Both the position numbers and the translations under genes were made by a program. A model generated the notes under the pieces. The model was not told where the DNA came from, ran no database searches, and saw nothing but the letters and a program-made list of their open reading frames with translations. From NCBI GenBank assembly GCA_016704485.1, contig JADJAA010000001.1, positions 1,554,824 through 1,618,823 on the forward strand: 64,000 bases of DNA, given 5' to 3'. Shown here piece by piece: positions 9,004 through 17,620 of this stretch (position 1 is its first letter; each line of letters opens with the position of its first letter). This DNA comes from Flavobacteriales bacterium. GTDB lineage: Bacteria; Bacteroidota; Bacteroidia; Flavobacteriales_F; PHOS-HE28.

Positions 9004-10223
9004 TGGACCTAAGACCGGACGACCAAGCCACCTTGCTGCTTACCGCGCACCTGCCCGGAGGCAACGCCGTGCAGCCGCTCTCCACCGGCGAATGGTCACG
9101 GTTCAGTGCGTGGTTGCTTGCACATGAGCACACACCGGGCGACCTGTTCATTGGCGATCCGAAGCACACGCTGGCCACCTTTCAGGACAAGACCATCACC
9201 CTGGAGCGTATCGCACCGTTGCTGGATCGCGGTTTCCAAGTTGCCTTGTTGCTGGAGAAGTGGCAACGTGCAGGGCTCTGGGTGATCACGCGCTCCTCGC
9301 CGGATTATCCGCAACGGCTCACCACCATGCTCGGCGACCAAGCGCCGCCCTTGTTCCATGGTGCAGGCGACCGCCGCAAGCTGGAGACCAAGGCACTTGC
9401 TGTGATCGGATCGCGCAACGCCGCCGAGGCCGATCTGCACTTCGCCCGCCAACTGGGCCACGCCGCCGCACAACAGGGCTGGTCCATCGTAAGCGGTGGT
9501 GCGCGCGGTGTGGACGAAGCCTCCATGCGCGGTGCCATCGAAGCCAGTGGTACCGTGATCGGGGTGGTGGCCGATAGCCTGCTGAAGATGGCCACCAGTC
9601 ACAAGTACCGCGATGCCATCCAACGCAGTGACATCGTCCTGCTCTGTGCCTCGCACCCCGAAGTGGGTTTCTCCGGGGCCAATGCCATGGCGCGCAACAA
9701 GTATGTGTACTGCCTAAGCCGTGCGGCCGTGGTGGTGTGCTCCGATGCCAACAAGGGAGGTACCTGGGCCGGCGCCACTGAGGACCTGAAGAAGAAGTGG
9801 GTGCCCGTGTGGGTGAAGCACCATCCCGATCCACGCAGCGGCAACCGCGCACTGGTGGATCGTGGCGCACAGCCTTTGCCCGATTCCGATCCGCATGCCT
9901 TGGACATGGAGGACCTCGCCAAGGGTAAACTCTCCAGCGCTCAACTCTTCGAACTGCCCATTGCCTCCGACGTTGCCGCCGTATACCAAGCCTCCGGAAC
10001 CACGGCCCCGAAAGAGCTCACCGAAGCGGATGAGATGGAAGCCATCCTCAAGGCACTTGCCACTCCCATGACCGTGAAGGCCCTTGCCAAACATATCGCC
10101 ATGGACGAGGCCCGCATCAGCCACCTGCTGGACCAATTGGTACACCTGCACAAAGTGGAACCACCAACTGGCCGATCACGCAGCTACGCCCTAGCGGGTC
10201 CGGATCTTTTTAGTGGGGAGTGA
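9003..10223 (+). CDS. DprA/Smf-like (SLOG Rossmann) protein with C-terminal winged-helix
   Basis: ATG 9003-9005 overlaps the upstream TGA (9001-9003) as TGATG. DprA core LAVIGSRNAAEADLHFARQLG...GWSIVSGGARGVDEASMRGAIEASGTVIGVVADSL...ARNKYVY. C-terminal MTVKALAKHIAMDEARISHLLDQLVHLHKV. Confidence 0.8.
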   Translation: MDLRPDDQATLLLTAHLPGGNAVQPLSTGEWSRFSAWLLAHEHTPGDLFIGDPKHTLATFQDKTITLERIAPLLDRGFQVALLLEKWQRAGLWVITRSSPDYPQRLTTMLGDQAPPLFHGAGDRRKLETKALAVIGSRNAAEADLHFARQLGHAAAQQGWSIVSGGARGVDEASMRGAIEASGTVIGVVADSLLKMATSHKYRDAIQRSDIVLLCASHPEVGFSGANAMARNKYVYCLSRAAVVVCSDANKGGTWAGATEDLKKKWVPVWVKHHPDPRSGNRALVDRGAQPLPDSDPHALDMEDLAKGKLSSAQLFELPIASDVAAVYQASGTTAPKELTEADEMEAILKALATPMTVKALAKHIAMDEARISHLLDQLVHLHKVEPPTGRSRSYALAGPDLFSGE

Positions 10224-10435
10224 GTCGTGTCGCTCAGTACAGCTGGATCATGCTCTTCCCGGTTGAATTGGTAGTACGGTGTTTCTGGCATCGTGGCGTT
10301 CGTTCAAGTATGAACTTGCCGTATCTCGAATGATCGTTCCGGCCACGCGGCCTTTGATAGTGTTCTTTGAGAAAGTTAGCTAAGAGCTCTACTGCGTCGT
10401 TTTTCTATTGGTAGTGTTCAGCTCTCACCCCGCCA

Positions 10436-10633
10436 TCAATAGTCATTATGTTCCAAGATCACCTCCGGCGATAGATCCCATACCATGCTCCCCACGTGGT
10501 AACTGAACCATGCGTTAAAGACTTTCCAGCTCCGGTCCACAGGCCAAGTATCCTCATCCGGGCAAGTGCCGAACAGTTCCATCTCGAAAATGAACGGAGC
10601 ATACGGCTTCACCACATCGGCAATGTCCTTCAC
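10436..10633 (-). CDS. Small hypothetical protein (65 aa) directly downstream of the giant helicase gene
   Basis: Same strand, 30 nt after the stop of 10664-15496. Acidic and Trp-rich, with no recognisable family. Confidence 0.4.
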   Translation of the reverse strand: MKDIADVVKPYAPFIFEMELFGTCPDEDTWPVDRSWKVFNAWFSYHVGSMVWDLSPEVILEHNDY

Positions 10634-10663
10634 GGTATTTGATGTTGACCAGCCTTTACCCTG

Positions 10664-13600
10664 TCAACCCAACGTGAACTGCACGCGAGGCAATACCACT
10701 TCATAGCTCTTATCCTTCTCCTTATCGTACCAATGCACAATGTATTCTGCCGTAGCGCCTGAAACACGATATCCCTCATTTGCGAAACGGGGTAGTGTCG
10801 AGTCAATGAACTTGCGCGCGTAGAGCAGCACATTGCCGTTCCCGGTGCCAAGACCAAGTGCACTTCCGTTCGTGAATTGTTTCTCATCCGGCACCATATT
10901 GGAGCCCGCAGAAAGGGATGTGATCCGGTCGGAGTTATATGAACACGATCCCAGGTTCACCTCCTTCATACCAAGCACGTATTCAAGTTTATTGGGCCGA
11001 GGGTATACCACCTCATTCGTTTCTCTGATCAACGAGGCATGTTTGTAGGTGGGAAGGAACTGATCATTCGTGTGGATCACTAATTGGTCCATTGATCTTG
11101 TGCAGGCCACATAGAGTAGGCGGAGGTCTTTGTCCTCCTCCATCGGGTAGTTCTTCTGGTATACGAACACGTTATTGAACTCCTTGCCCTTGCTCTTGTG
11201 CATGGTAGATACATGCACCACTCCTTTCTGTGGTTTCACGGCGTCGCTGATCCTGATCTCACGCACGAAAGCATCCCATTCTGATAGGTCATGTCGCCCT
11301 TGGTTCCCTTTCTTGAAGAGCGCAAGTAGGTCTTTCATGTCCGCCCGCAATGGATTCCCCTTGAGCCCTTCTATATATTCCTTAACGGCATTGTCCCAGA
11401 CCTCCTTGGGAATAACACCAATTCCTGGATGGCGTTCACGAACGAATTGGCCGAACGCTCGGACCTCGCGCAAGCGACCTACGGGGAAGTCATCCGAGCC
11501 ACCGATGTAGCGCGCCTTGACGCCATGTTGCTCCAGCATGGCCGTTGCCATGATCGCCTCATTGTTCGTGCGGGTCAATACACTTGTCGTGCCGGTGAGC
11601 GTCGACCGTGCGACGTCCTTTACCAGTCCTGTCAAATGATAGCCGCCGGAATATCGGACCACACGTTGCACTCCCGGCCGATCGTCATTTGCTACAAGTT
11701 CCTCACCATCTTTTATCCGGACTTTGATCTTGGAGGCAATATGATTCGTCAATCGAACGATCGTCTCCTTGCTCCGGTAATTCACAAGTAGGCTATGCGA
11801 TCGCGCCTTGAAGCGGGTTCGGAATTCCGACATGAATCTTGGCGATGCACCGCGCCATTCATAGATGTTCTGGTCGTCATCACCCACTGCGATGATGCGT
11901 GGTTTCTCTGCGGTCTCAGCAAGCATCTGGATCAGTTGCCATTGCTCCTGATCAACATCTTGGAATTCATCCAATACGATCACGCTTTTGTTCGCAATGG
12001 AGGTGACATCCACTTCGCCGGCATGGATAGCCGCCATGGTGCGGCTGATCACAGTTTCCGACCGGTCCAGATCGCCGAGCTGACCCATCAGTTCAAAACA
12101 CAAGCCATGGAATGTCGTGATCCGGATAAGGCCTCGATACTCCGGAACCATGGCATGGACGCGGTCGCGGAACTCCATTGCCGCAGCCTTCGAGAACGTG
12201 AGCATAAGGAATTGCTCAGGCTTCACATCCTCAATGAGCAGAAGGCTCGCCACCTTATGGACAAGGACCCGGGTCTTACCGCTCCCCGGACCCGCAGCAA
12301 CAAGGATCTGGTCCGTACTATCATTGACCACTCCCAATTGCTTCGTATCCAGATCCCCGAAAAGCTCAGTGAATCTGCTTCGGGTGATAGGCCGTGTGAT
12401 ATCGGTGCTGCGCTTCGGAAAGTATTTCTGCACGAAGACATCGTGCTCGAAGCGGAAATAGTCATCTACGAAAGATAACGCGGCCTGAACGCTTTCCATA
12501 CGGCGTGCTGCATACTCTCCCACCATATGGATCTGTTCCACCCTGTTCTGGTAATGATGCCTCAGGTTACCGTAATCCTCTTGGGTGTATTGCTTCCGTA
12601 CGTTCTGCTCCACGCGCTCCACATTCATCCGTTGGTACATGACCATGAACCCGTCCTGCAGGCTCAGTACATTCATGCCGTGTAGGAACAGCAATGCATC
12701 GGCAATGGCTTTCAGGTCATGCTCTTTGCCGAACATCCCTTCGGCCATTGCCGCTCTCAGCCCCAACAAGGAGAATTTCACACGCAATTCCTGCTTGGCA
12801 TCGTCAGCGAGCTTCGACGTATCGGGTACTAGTTTCTCAAGTTGTTCGAAACAAGCCAAGGCAAGTGCTTGGCGCGCTTCCACCTCCTTCCGTAGTTCTT
12901 CCGGGTCCTTCAATAGTGTTATCCTGTAGCTATCTGCTTGCCGGTCCAGGCGCTTGATCCCTACCAGTCTTCGTTTCTTCCAGATCAGGAACAGTGGCTT
13001 CAGATCCTCTATCCTGCTGTCCACCCCCTGGTCAAGAATGCCTTGGTTCAGCGCGCGATAGGTCACGGTCATTTCCTGTTCGGCCAGGAGCCCTACCAAT
13101 GCCTTTTCGGTATTCAGGATGCGTTGCAACCGTGCTTTGGAACCCGCACGTGGTCGACCATCCACATAGGCGGTCAGGTCCTGCTCATCGTTCAAGACCG
13201 CGATGTTCCGCAACAGTTGTACGGTCTCGATCACATCACGCAACTTCATTCCGAGATGACCCGCGACCACATCGACTTGCGATACACCCACTCCATCCTC
13301 ATCCGGTTTCACTAGTCGCTGCAATACCCGTATGCAATTCTCCTTCTGTTTTTCTGTTAATCCGGTATTGTCCCGTACTATCCGTAAGGCATCCTCCAGT
13401 CCTTTGACCATTAGACCGGTAGCGAAAACCTGCGGGGAGTTCAGCGTGCGCTTTATGTAGCCTCGGTCCTCTAGGGCTGCAAGGGATGCGGCCACGCGGT
13501 TCTGGATATCACGCATCTCTTCATCCCATCCCGCGGCTTTGGCAAGCTCCGAAGCCGAACGACTGATCTTGTCCCGGATCTTGGTCATGCCTTTTACCGC

Positions 13601-15496
13601 ACGCCATACCTGCTGTATCTCCTTTTGATTGAGCTTGGTCCGTTGAAGCAAGTGGAAATGGCCGCCCAGGTCATTCTCATTGTATAGGATGTAGCACTTG
13701 GCATCAATGTCTTTGTTGCGGCCAGCGCGACCGGCTTCCTGTACGTAGCTCTCCAGCGAACTGGAGATGTTGTAGTGGATGACGGATCGCACATCCTCCT
13801 TGTCCACACCCATACCGAAAGCCGAGGTTGCCACCATGACATCCACCTCACCATCCATGAAGCTCTCCTGATTGAGCTGCTTCTCTTCGCGCTCCATCTT
13901 GCCATGAAATCCGCGGACCGATATCCCGATCGCCTTGATGCGATCTACAAGCTCATCAACGCGTTTGGTCCGGCTTGCATACACGATCGCGGGTTTCTCA
14001 CAGGTGTTCAGCAGGCCCAATAACACACGTTGACGGGCTTCGGCAGTGGTGTCCTCCACAGGAAGGACCTCGTACTCCAGGTTCTCCCGCCGCGCTTGGC
14101 TTATATAGGGAATAAGGTCCAGACCAAGGCCATTCTTGAAATAGTTCCGGATGTCTTCCACCACTTGCGGCTTGGCGGTGGCAGTAAAACAGGATACGGG
14201 TATGGGCTTCTCGCGCCCAAGGTCGATCTGAAGCTGTTTCAGATAGGGCGCGATGTACAAGTAGTCCACCCTGAAATCATGCCCCCAACTGGAAAAGCAA
14301 TGGGCCTCATCTATAACGAACCGCGAGATCTGTCTCTTCTGCAGCAGACGGGAAAGCGTGGGAGAACGAAGCGTTTCCGGAGCGATATACAACAGGTGGA
14401 TCCCGCCATCCTCTACTTGCTTCAGGACTTCTTGCCGCTCCAATGGGGAAAGTAGTCCGCTCAGATGGGCCGCACGCACTATCTGGTGCCGATGTTCCAG
14501 CACCTCCACCTGATCTTTCATCAGCGAAACCAACGGCGAGATGACCACGGTGAGCGAACGGGTAAGCGCACCTTCCATTAGAGCAGGCAGCTGGAACGTG
14601 AGCGACTTGCCTCCGCCAGTGGGGAAGACGGTCAGGACCGACTCTCCGGCCAACGCTGAACCGACGGCCTTTTCCTGCACTCCAGCCTGGCTTTCACCGT
14701 CGAACAATCGGAAGTGATCATACCCGAAATACTCCTTCAGTCCGCGCTTTGCATCCATCCAGGTCGCACAGTACTCGCAGCCCGCATCATTACACTGTGC
14801 GAACCGCAGGTTATGCAGTACCTGTTGGGTAAAAGGCAAGCTATGTACGACCCAAGGGGGTAGGATGGATGCTTCATCGGTCGTGTCGATCAGGGCCAGC
14901 GCATGCGCGAGCTCTACAGGTCTATCAGTAGTAAAGCGTTGCAGCGGAGCAGAAGCGCAAATGAGGCCTGAGTAACGCGAGGTGATCAAGTCGGCTACGT
15001 CTGTCTTGTCCTGCTCATGTGCCGCAAGCTCGATCATGCCATCGTACCCTTCCTGTCCGGAAAGCAAACCGGCATAGACCGAACGCATGACAACAGGCAA
15101 ACAATTGAATGTACCTAAAAGTTCTTCCAATAGTTCGCGACACAGTTTTGCGTCACTGAGCGGATCGTTGTCGCCGTCCTCGTTGCGGATCTTGTAGCCC
15201 TTCACCAACTTGTGATAGGGCTTATTGGCGTACAGCAATGCACTCCAACACAAAGTATCCAAGAGCACCTTACCCTTTAATACATTCTGCCCCATGTGCT
15301 TCCGAAGCACAGGCGCATCATGGCCAACAAGGTTGTGCCCGGCGACAATGGTTGCCCTGTCTATCAGCTTCTTAAGTCCATCCAGCTTACGCTTGTGGAA
15401 TTCGCTGCTCCCGAGCACAGCTCCTACGTCCAGGAGTTTTTTACTCCGCTGATCTAACTCGAGATCCAGAATGAGGACCTTGTCCAGTGCGTTCAT
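10664..15496 (-). CDS. 1610-aa fusion: DnaQ-like 3'-5' exonuclease + RecQ helicase core + UvrD/PcrA-type SF1 helicase
   Basis: Exonuclease: LILDLELD...AGHNLVGHDAPVL. RecQ: FPTGGGKSLTFQLPAL, VIDEAHCFSSWGHDFRVDY, QEAGRAGR. UvrD: VAAGPGSGKTRVLVHKVASL, VLDEFQDVDQEQW, AVGDDDQNIYEWRGA, VSTMHKSKGKEFNNVFV, LLYVACTRS. The 4.8-kb frame is uninterrupted. Confidence 0.85.
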   Translation of the reverse strand: MNALDKVLILDLELDQRSKKLLDVGAVLGSSEFHKRKLDGLKKLIDRATIVAGHNLVGHDAPVLRKHMGQNVLKGKVLLDTLCWSALLYANKPYHKLVKGYKIRNEDGDNDPLSDAKLCRELLEELLGTFNCLPVVMRSVYAGLLSGQEGYDGMIELAAHEQDKTDVADLITSRYSGLICASAPLQRFTTDRPVELAHALALIDTTDEASILPPWVVHSLPFTQQVLHNLRFAQCNDAGCEYCATWMDAKRGLKEYFGYDHFRLFDGESQAGVQEKAVGSALAGESVLTVFPTGGGKSLTFQLPALMEGALTRSLTVVISPLVSLMKDQVEVLEHRHQIVRAAHLSGLLSPLERQEVLKQVEDGGIHLLYIAPETLRSPTLSRLLQKRQISRFVIDEAHCFSSWGHDFRVDYLYIAPYLKQLQIDLGREKPIPVSCFTATAKPQVVEDIRNYFKNGLGLDLIPYISQARRENLEYEVLPVEDTTAEARQRVLLGLLNTCEKPAIVYASRTKRVDELVDRIKAIGISVRGFHGKMEREEKQLNQESFMDGEVDVMVATSAFGMGVDKEDVRSVIHYNISSSLESYVQEAGRAGRNKDIDAKCYILYNENDLGGHFHLLQRTKLNQKEIQQVWRAVKGMTKIRDKISRSASELAKAAGWDEEMRDIQNRVAASLAALEDRGYIKRTLNSPQVFATGLMVKGLEDALRIVRDNTGLTEKQKENCIRVLQRLVKPDEDGVGVSQVDVVAGHLGMKLRDVIETVQLLRNIAVLNDEQDLTAYVDGRPRAGSKARLQRILNTEKALVGLLAEQEMTVTYRALNQGILDQGVDSRIEDLKPLFLIWKKRRLVGIKRLDRQADSYRITLLKDPEELRKEVEARQALALACFEQLEKLVPDTSKLADDAKQELRVKFSLLGLRAAMAEGMFGKEHDLKAIADALLFLHGMNVLSLQDGFMVMYQRMNVERVEQNVRKQYTQEDYGNLRHHYQNRVEQIHMVGEYAARRMESVQAALSFVDDYFRFEHDVFVQKYFPKRSTDITRPITRSRFTELFGDLDTKQLGVVNDSTDQILVAAGPGSGKTRVLVHKVASLLLIEDVKPEQFLMLTFSKAAAMEFRDRVHAMVPEYRGLIRITTFHGLCFELMGQLGDLDRSETVISRTMAAIHAGEVDVTSIANKSVIVLDEFQDVDQEQWQLIQMLAETAEKPRIIAVGDDDQNIYEWRGASPRFMSEFRTRFKARSHSLLVNYRSKETIVRLTNHIASKIKVRIKDGEELVANDDRPGVQRVVRYSGGYHLTGLVKDVARSTLTGTTSVLTRTNNEAIMATAMLEQHGVKARYIGGSDDFPVGRLREVRAFGQFVRERHPGIGVIPKEVWDNAVKEYIEGLKGNPLRADMKDLLALFKKGNQGRHDLSEWDAFVREIRISDAVKPQKGVVHVSTMHKSKGKEFNNVFVYQKNYPMEEDKDLRLLYVACTRSMDQLVIHTNDQFLPTYKHASLIRETNEVVYPRPNKLEYVLGMKEVNLGSCSYNSDRITSLSAGSNMVPDEKQFTNGSALGLGTGNGNVLLYARKFIDSTLPRFANEGYRVSGATAEYIVHWYDKEKDKSYEVVLPRVQFTLG

Positions 15497-15552
15497 TAGC
15501 TGGGCGCAATGGCGTGGTGGATGAAACGGGCTGCGGAAGAGCTATGCATGGA

Positions 15553-15696
15553 TCACAAATTCAACACTCCTTCAATAACCCGAAAACTCTCCAACCCACT
15601 TTCTAGATCTTCCACGACCTCGGTGGTGCATTCCGTGGTCTGCGCTTGAACCAGCGTAGAAAGAATTACAGTTAGGAAGAGTAGGAGAGTTCGCAT
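15553..15696 (-). CDS. Possible 47-aa secreted peptide (below the ORF-track size cut-off)
   Basis: Hand translation: MRTLLLFLTVILSTLVQAQTTECTTEVVEDLESGLESFRVIEGVLNL*. It has a signal-peptide-like N-terminus. It lies between the GmrSD-like gene and the giant helicase gene on the same strand. Confidence 0.3.
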   Translation of the reverse strand: MRTLLLFLTVILSTLVQAQTTECTTEVVEDLESGLESFRVIEGVLNL

Positions 15697-15719
15697 GGGG
15701 TGGTGCTGGTTGTTGAAAT

Positions 15720-17519
15720 TTACAAGCCTTCGTAATAGCCCTTGATCTTTTGTGCCATCAGGTGTTTGCGTTCCTCCAAAAAGGTCTGGTAGCTTTTTAC
15801 ATCATAGTCGAAGATAGCTGTTGGGATGCAGTTCTCGCGCATGTTCTTGCGCAGGTCGGCCATGTTACGCAGACCACCGATGTCACCTTTGCCTTGCTCA
15901 AGCTTGTCCGCAACGGTCGTAAAGTATACCGCTGGCGTTTTGTCACCGATCTTGATGTTTCCGGGTTGGTCCATGTACACCAGATTGCTCACGCGATTGT
16001 ACAGACTGCGACCCAAGCCATTCTTCTTCAACAAGCTGCGGGGGAAGATGTGGTGTACATCTCCGCGTGTAAGCAACATGTCGTTCACGGTGAGGTGCCG
16101 ACTGAACAGACCATGGTCGTTCGCGTTGGCTTGGGCAGCTAGGAATACGCCGAAGAACGGACTGCTCATCACTGGGCTTTCCAAATGCCCTGGAAGTACA
16201 GAATTCCAGAACGCATCACTCAGGTCACCTGCTTCGATCTCGGCTAAGTAGTCGGAAGCATTGCGTTCGTTCAGCCGTTTGATGTCAAAGTCGAATTGGC
16301 TTTCGAAGCTGCCCGTTGCACGTTCGGTCAAGATGCTCATAACGTACCAACGGCGCACCAAGCTTTGTAATTCATTGCCTCGGTCCATTCCTTGACGACG
16401 CAAATGCAGGTACAAGAAATAGGCGAAGTTGATCGCGTTCTTACTGCGCATCAACTTGCTGCGCACGAAGCCTGCCGACCGAAGGATCAACGTGAAGAAC
16501 TTGAAGTCAGTCTCATTCATGAAGCGGGCCACACCAGCGTCCAACTGCTTGAAAGAATTTTCCATAATGGTCTCCTCGAACGTGCGGTTCACGAAATCGC
16601 GTCCACTAAGTAGGCTGACCAGGTCGCTCATTTTACCACGACCGAATTCCACACCGCTGGCAACACGCAACATATCCGTGTAGGCCGGGTCATAGAGATC
16701 TTCGGTTTCGCTGCGTAGCCACTTCATGTTCTTGAAGTGCTCCGTGGCTGCGAACTCGGGGTCGTTCTCCTTGATGTGCTCGTAGTACTGCGGCTCTTTG
16801 CTCAGGTGGCAGAAGTAATCGATGGCCTTGCGCAGAACCGGACCACCATGGTGCTCGTTGCTGGCGATCTTGCTCATGGCAAAGTCCGCTTGGCTCAATA
16901 CGACTCCTTTGCTGTTGATGCGGATGAAGATCTCCGTTACCGTCTCTATGTCCAGTTCGTGGTTCAGTTCGATCACGCCGATCTGCCGCTTGGCTAAATT
17001 GGCCAATTGCCCAAGGCTGCTCTCCACAAGCTCGGCATCTGCATCCGGGTTTGCTGCGGTGTATGCTTTGTTCAATTTGATCAAGCTGAAACCACTCCCA
17101 AAGAACACCGCGATATCCGGCAACCACGCCTTGTCCTTTTGGATGATGGGCGTTTGCACCTCGAACTTCTGGGTGATGGGATGGAACGCGATCTTGATCT
17201 TGATCCGCGCATAATCCTTGTCCACCACGTATTCATCCATTAAAGCAGCACGCAATGCTGTTATGCGTTGTTGCCCATCGATCAAGATCTTCTTGCCGCT
17301 GCCAATGCTGCCATCTTTCAAGCGCACATCCGGGTTCTTCCATGTAATAATGTAGCCCACTGGAAAACCTTGGTAGATGCTATCCATCAGATCGCGGACT
17401 TTGCTCTTATCCCAAACGAATGGGCGCTGGATCTCGGGTATCGCGATCTCTTTCTCTTTCACCCACGACAATAAACTTTCGATAAGCGGCTGTTGGATAC
17501 TGTATTTCTGTGTTTGCAT
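15720..17519 (-). CDS. GmrSD/BrxU-like DUF262-DUF1524 modification-dependent (type IV) restriction enzyme
   Basis: DUF262 N-terminus IPEIQRPFVWDKSKVRDLMDSIYQGFPVGYII and LIDGQQRITAL. C-terminal His-Me finger GDVHHIFPRSLL. Start is ATG 17519 (MQTQKY) or TTG 17534. Confidence 0.8.
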   Translation of the reverse strand: MQTQKYSIQQPLIESLLSWVKEKEIAIPEIQRPFVWDKSKVRDLMDSIYQGFPVGYIITWKNPDVRLKDGSIGSGKKILIDGQQRITALRAALMDEYVVDKDYARIKIKIAFHPITQKFEVQTPIIQKDKAWLPDIAVFFGSGFSLIKLNKAYTAANPDADAELVESSLGQLANLAKRQIGVIELNHELDIETVTEIFIRINSKGVVLSQADFAMSKIASNEHHGGPVLRKAIDYFCHLSKEPQYYEHIKENDPEFAATEHFKNMKWLRSETEDLYDPAYTDMLRVASGVEFGRGKMSDLVSLLSGRDFVNRTFEETIMENSFKQLDAGVARFMNETDFKFFTLILRSAGFVRSKLMRSKNAINFAYFLYLHLRRQGMDRGNELQSLVRRWYVMSILTERATGSFESQFDFDIKRLNERNASDYLAEIEAGDLSDAFWNSVLPGHLESPVMSSPFFGVFLAAQANANDHGLFSRHLTVNDMLLTRGDVHHIFPRSLLKKNGLGRSLYNRVSNLVYMDQPGNIKIGDKTPAVYFTTVADKLEQGKGDIGGLRNMADLRKNMRENCIPTAIFDYDVKSYQTFLEERKHLMAQKIKGYYEGL

Positions 17520-17620
17520 GATCGTGTTGAACAACCTATGTATTGTCCTTCGTGTGATTATTGTTCAGCGCTGTATCAGTTAGCTGCGTGGCGAAGATGC
17601 GCCTAAAGTATTTGTTCAGA

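Noticed and set aside
2100-9922. Many 60-260-aa track ORFs antisense or out of frame to larger genes. Examples: 2624-3283+, 4022-4801+, 4805-5494+, 5043-5498-, 8310-8810-, 9096-9656-, 9319-9870-.
   Set aside because: They lie entirely inside better-supported genes with clear family motifs. They have Arg/Ala/Gly/His-rich compositions typical of antisense frames in GC-rich DNA.
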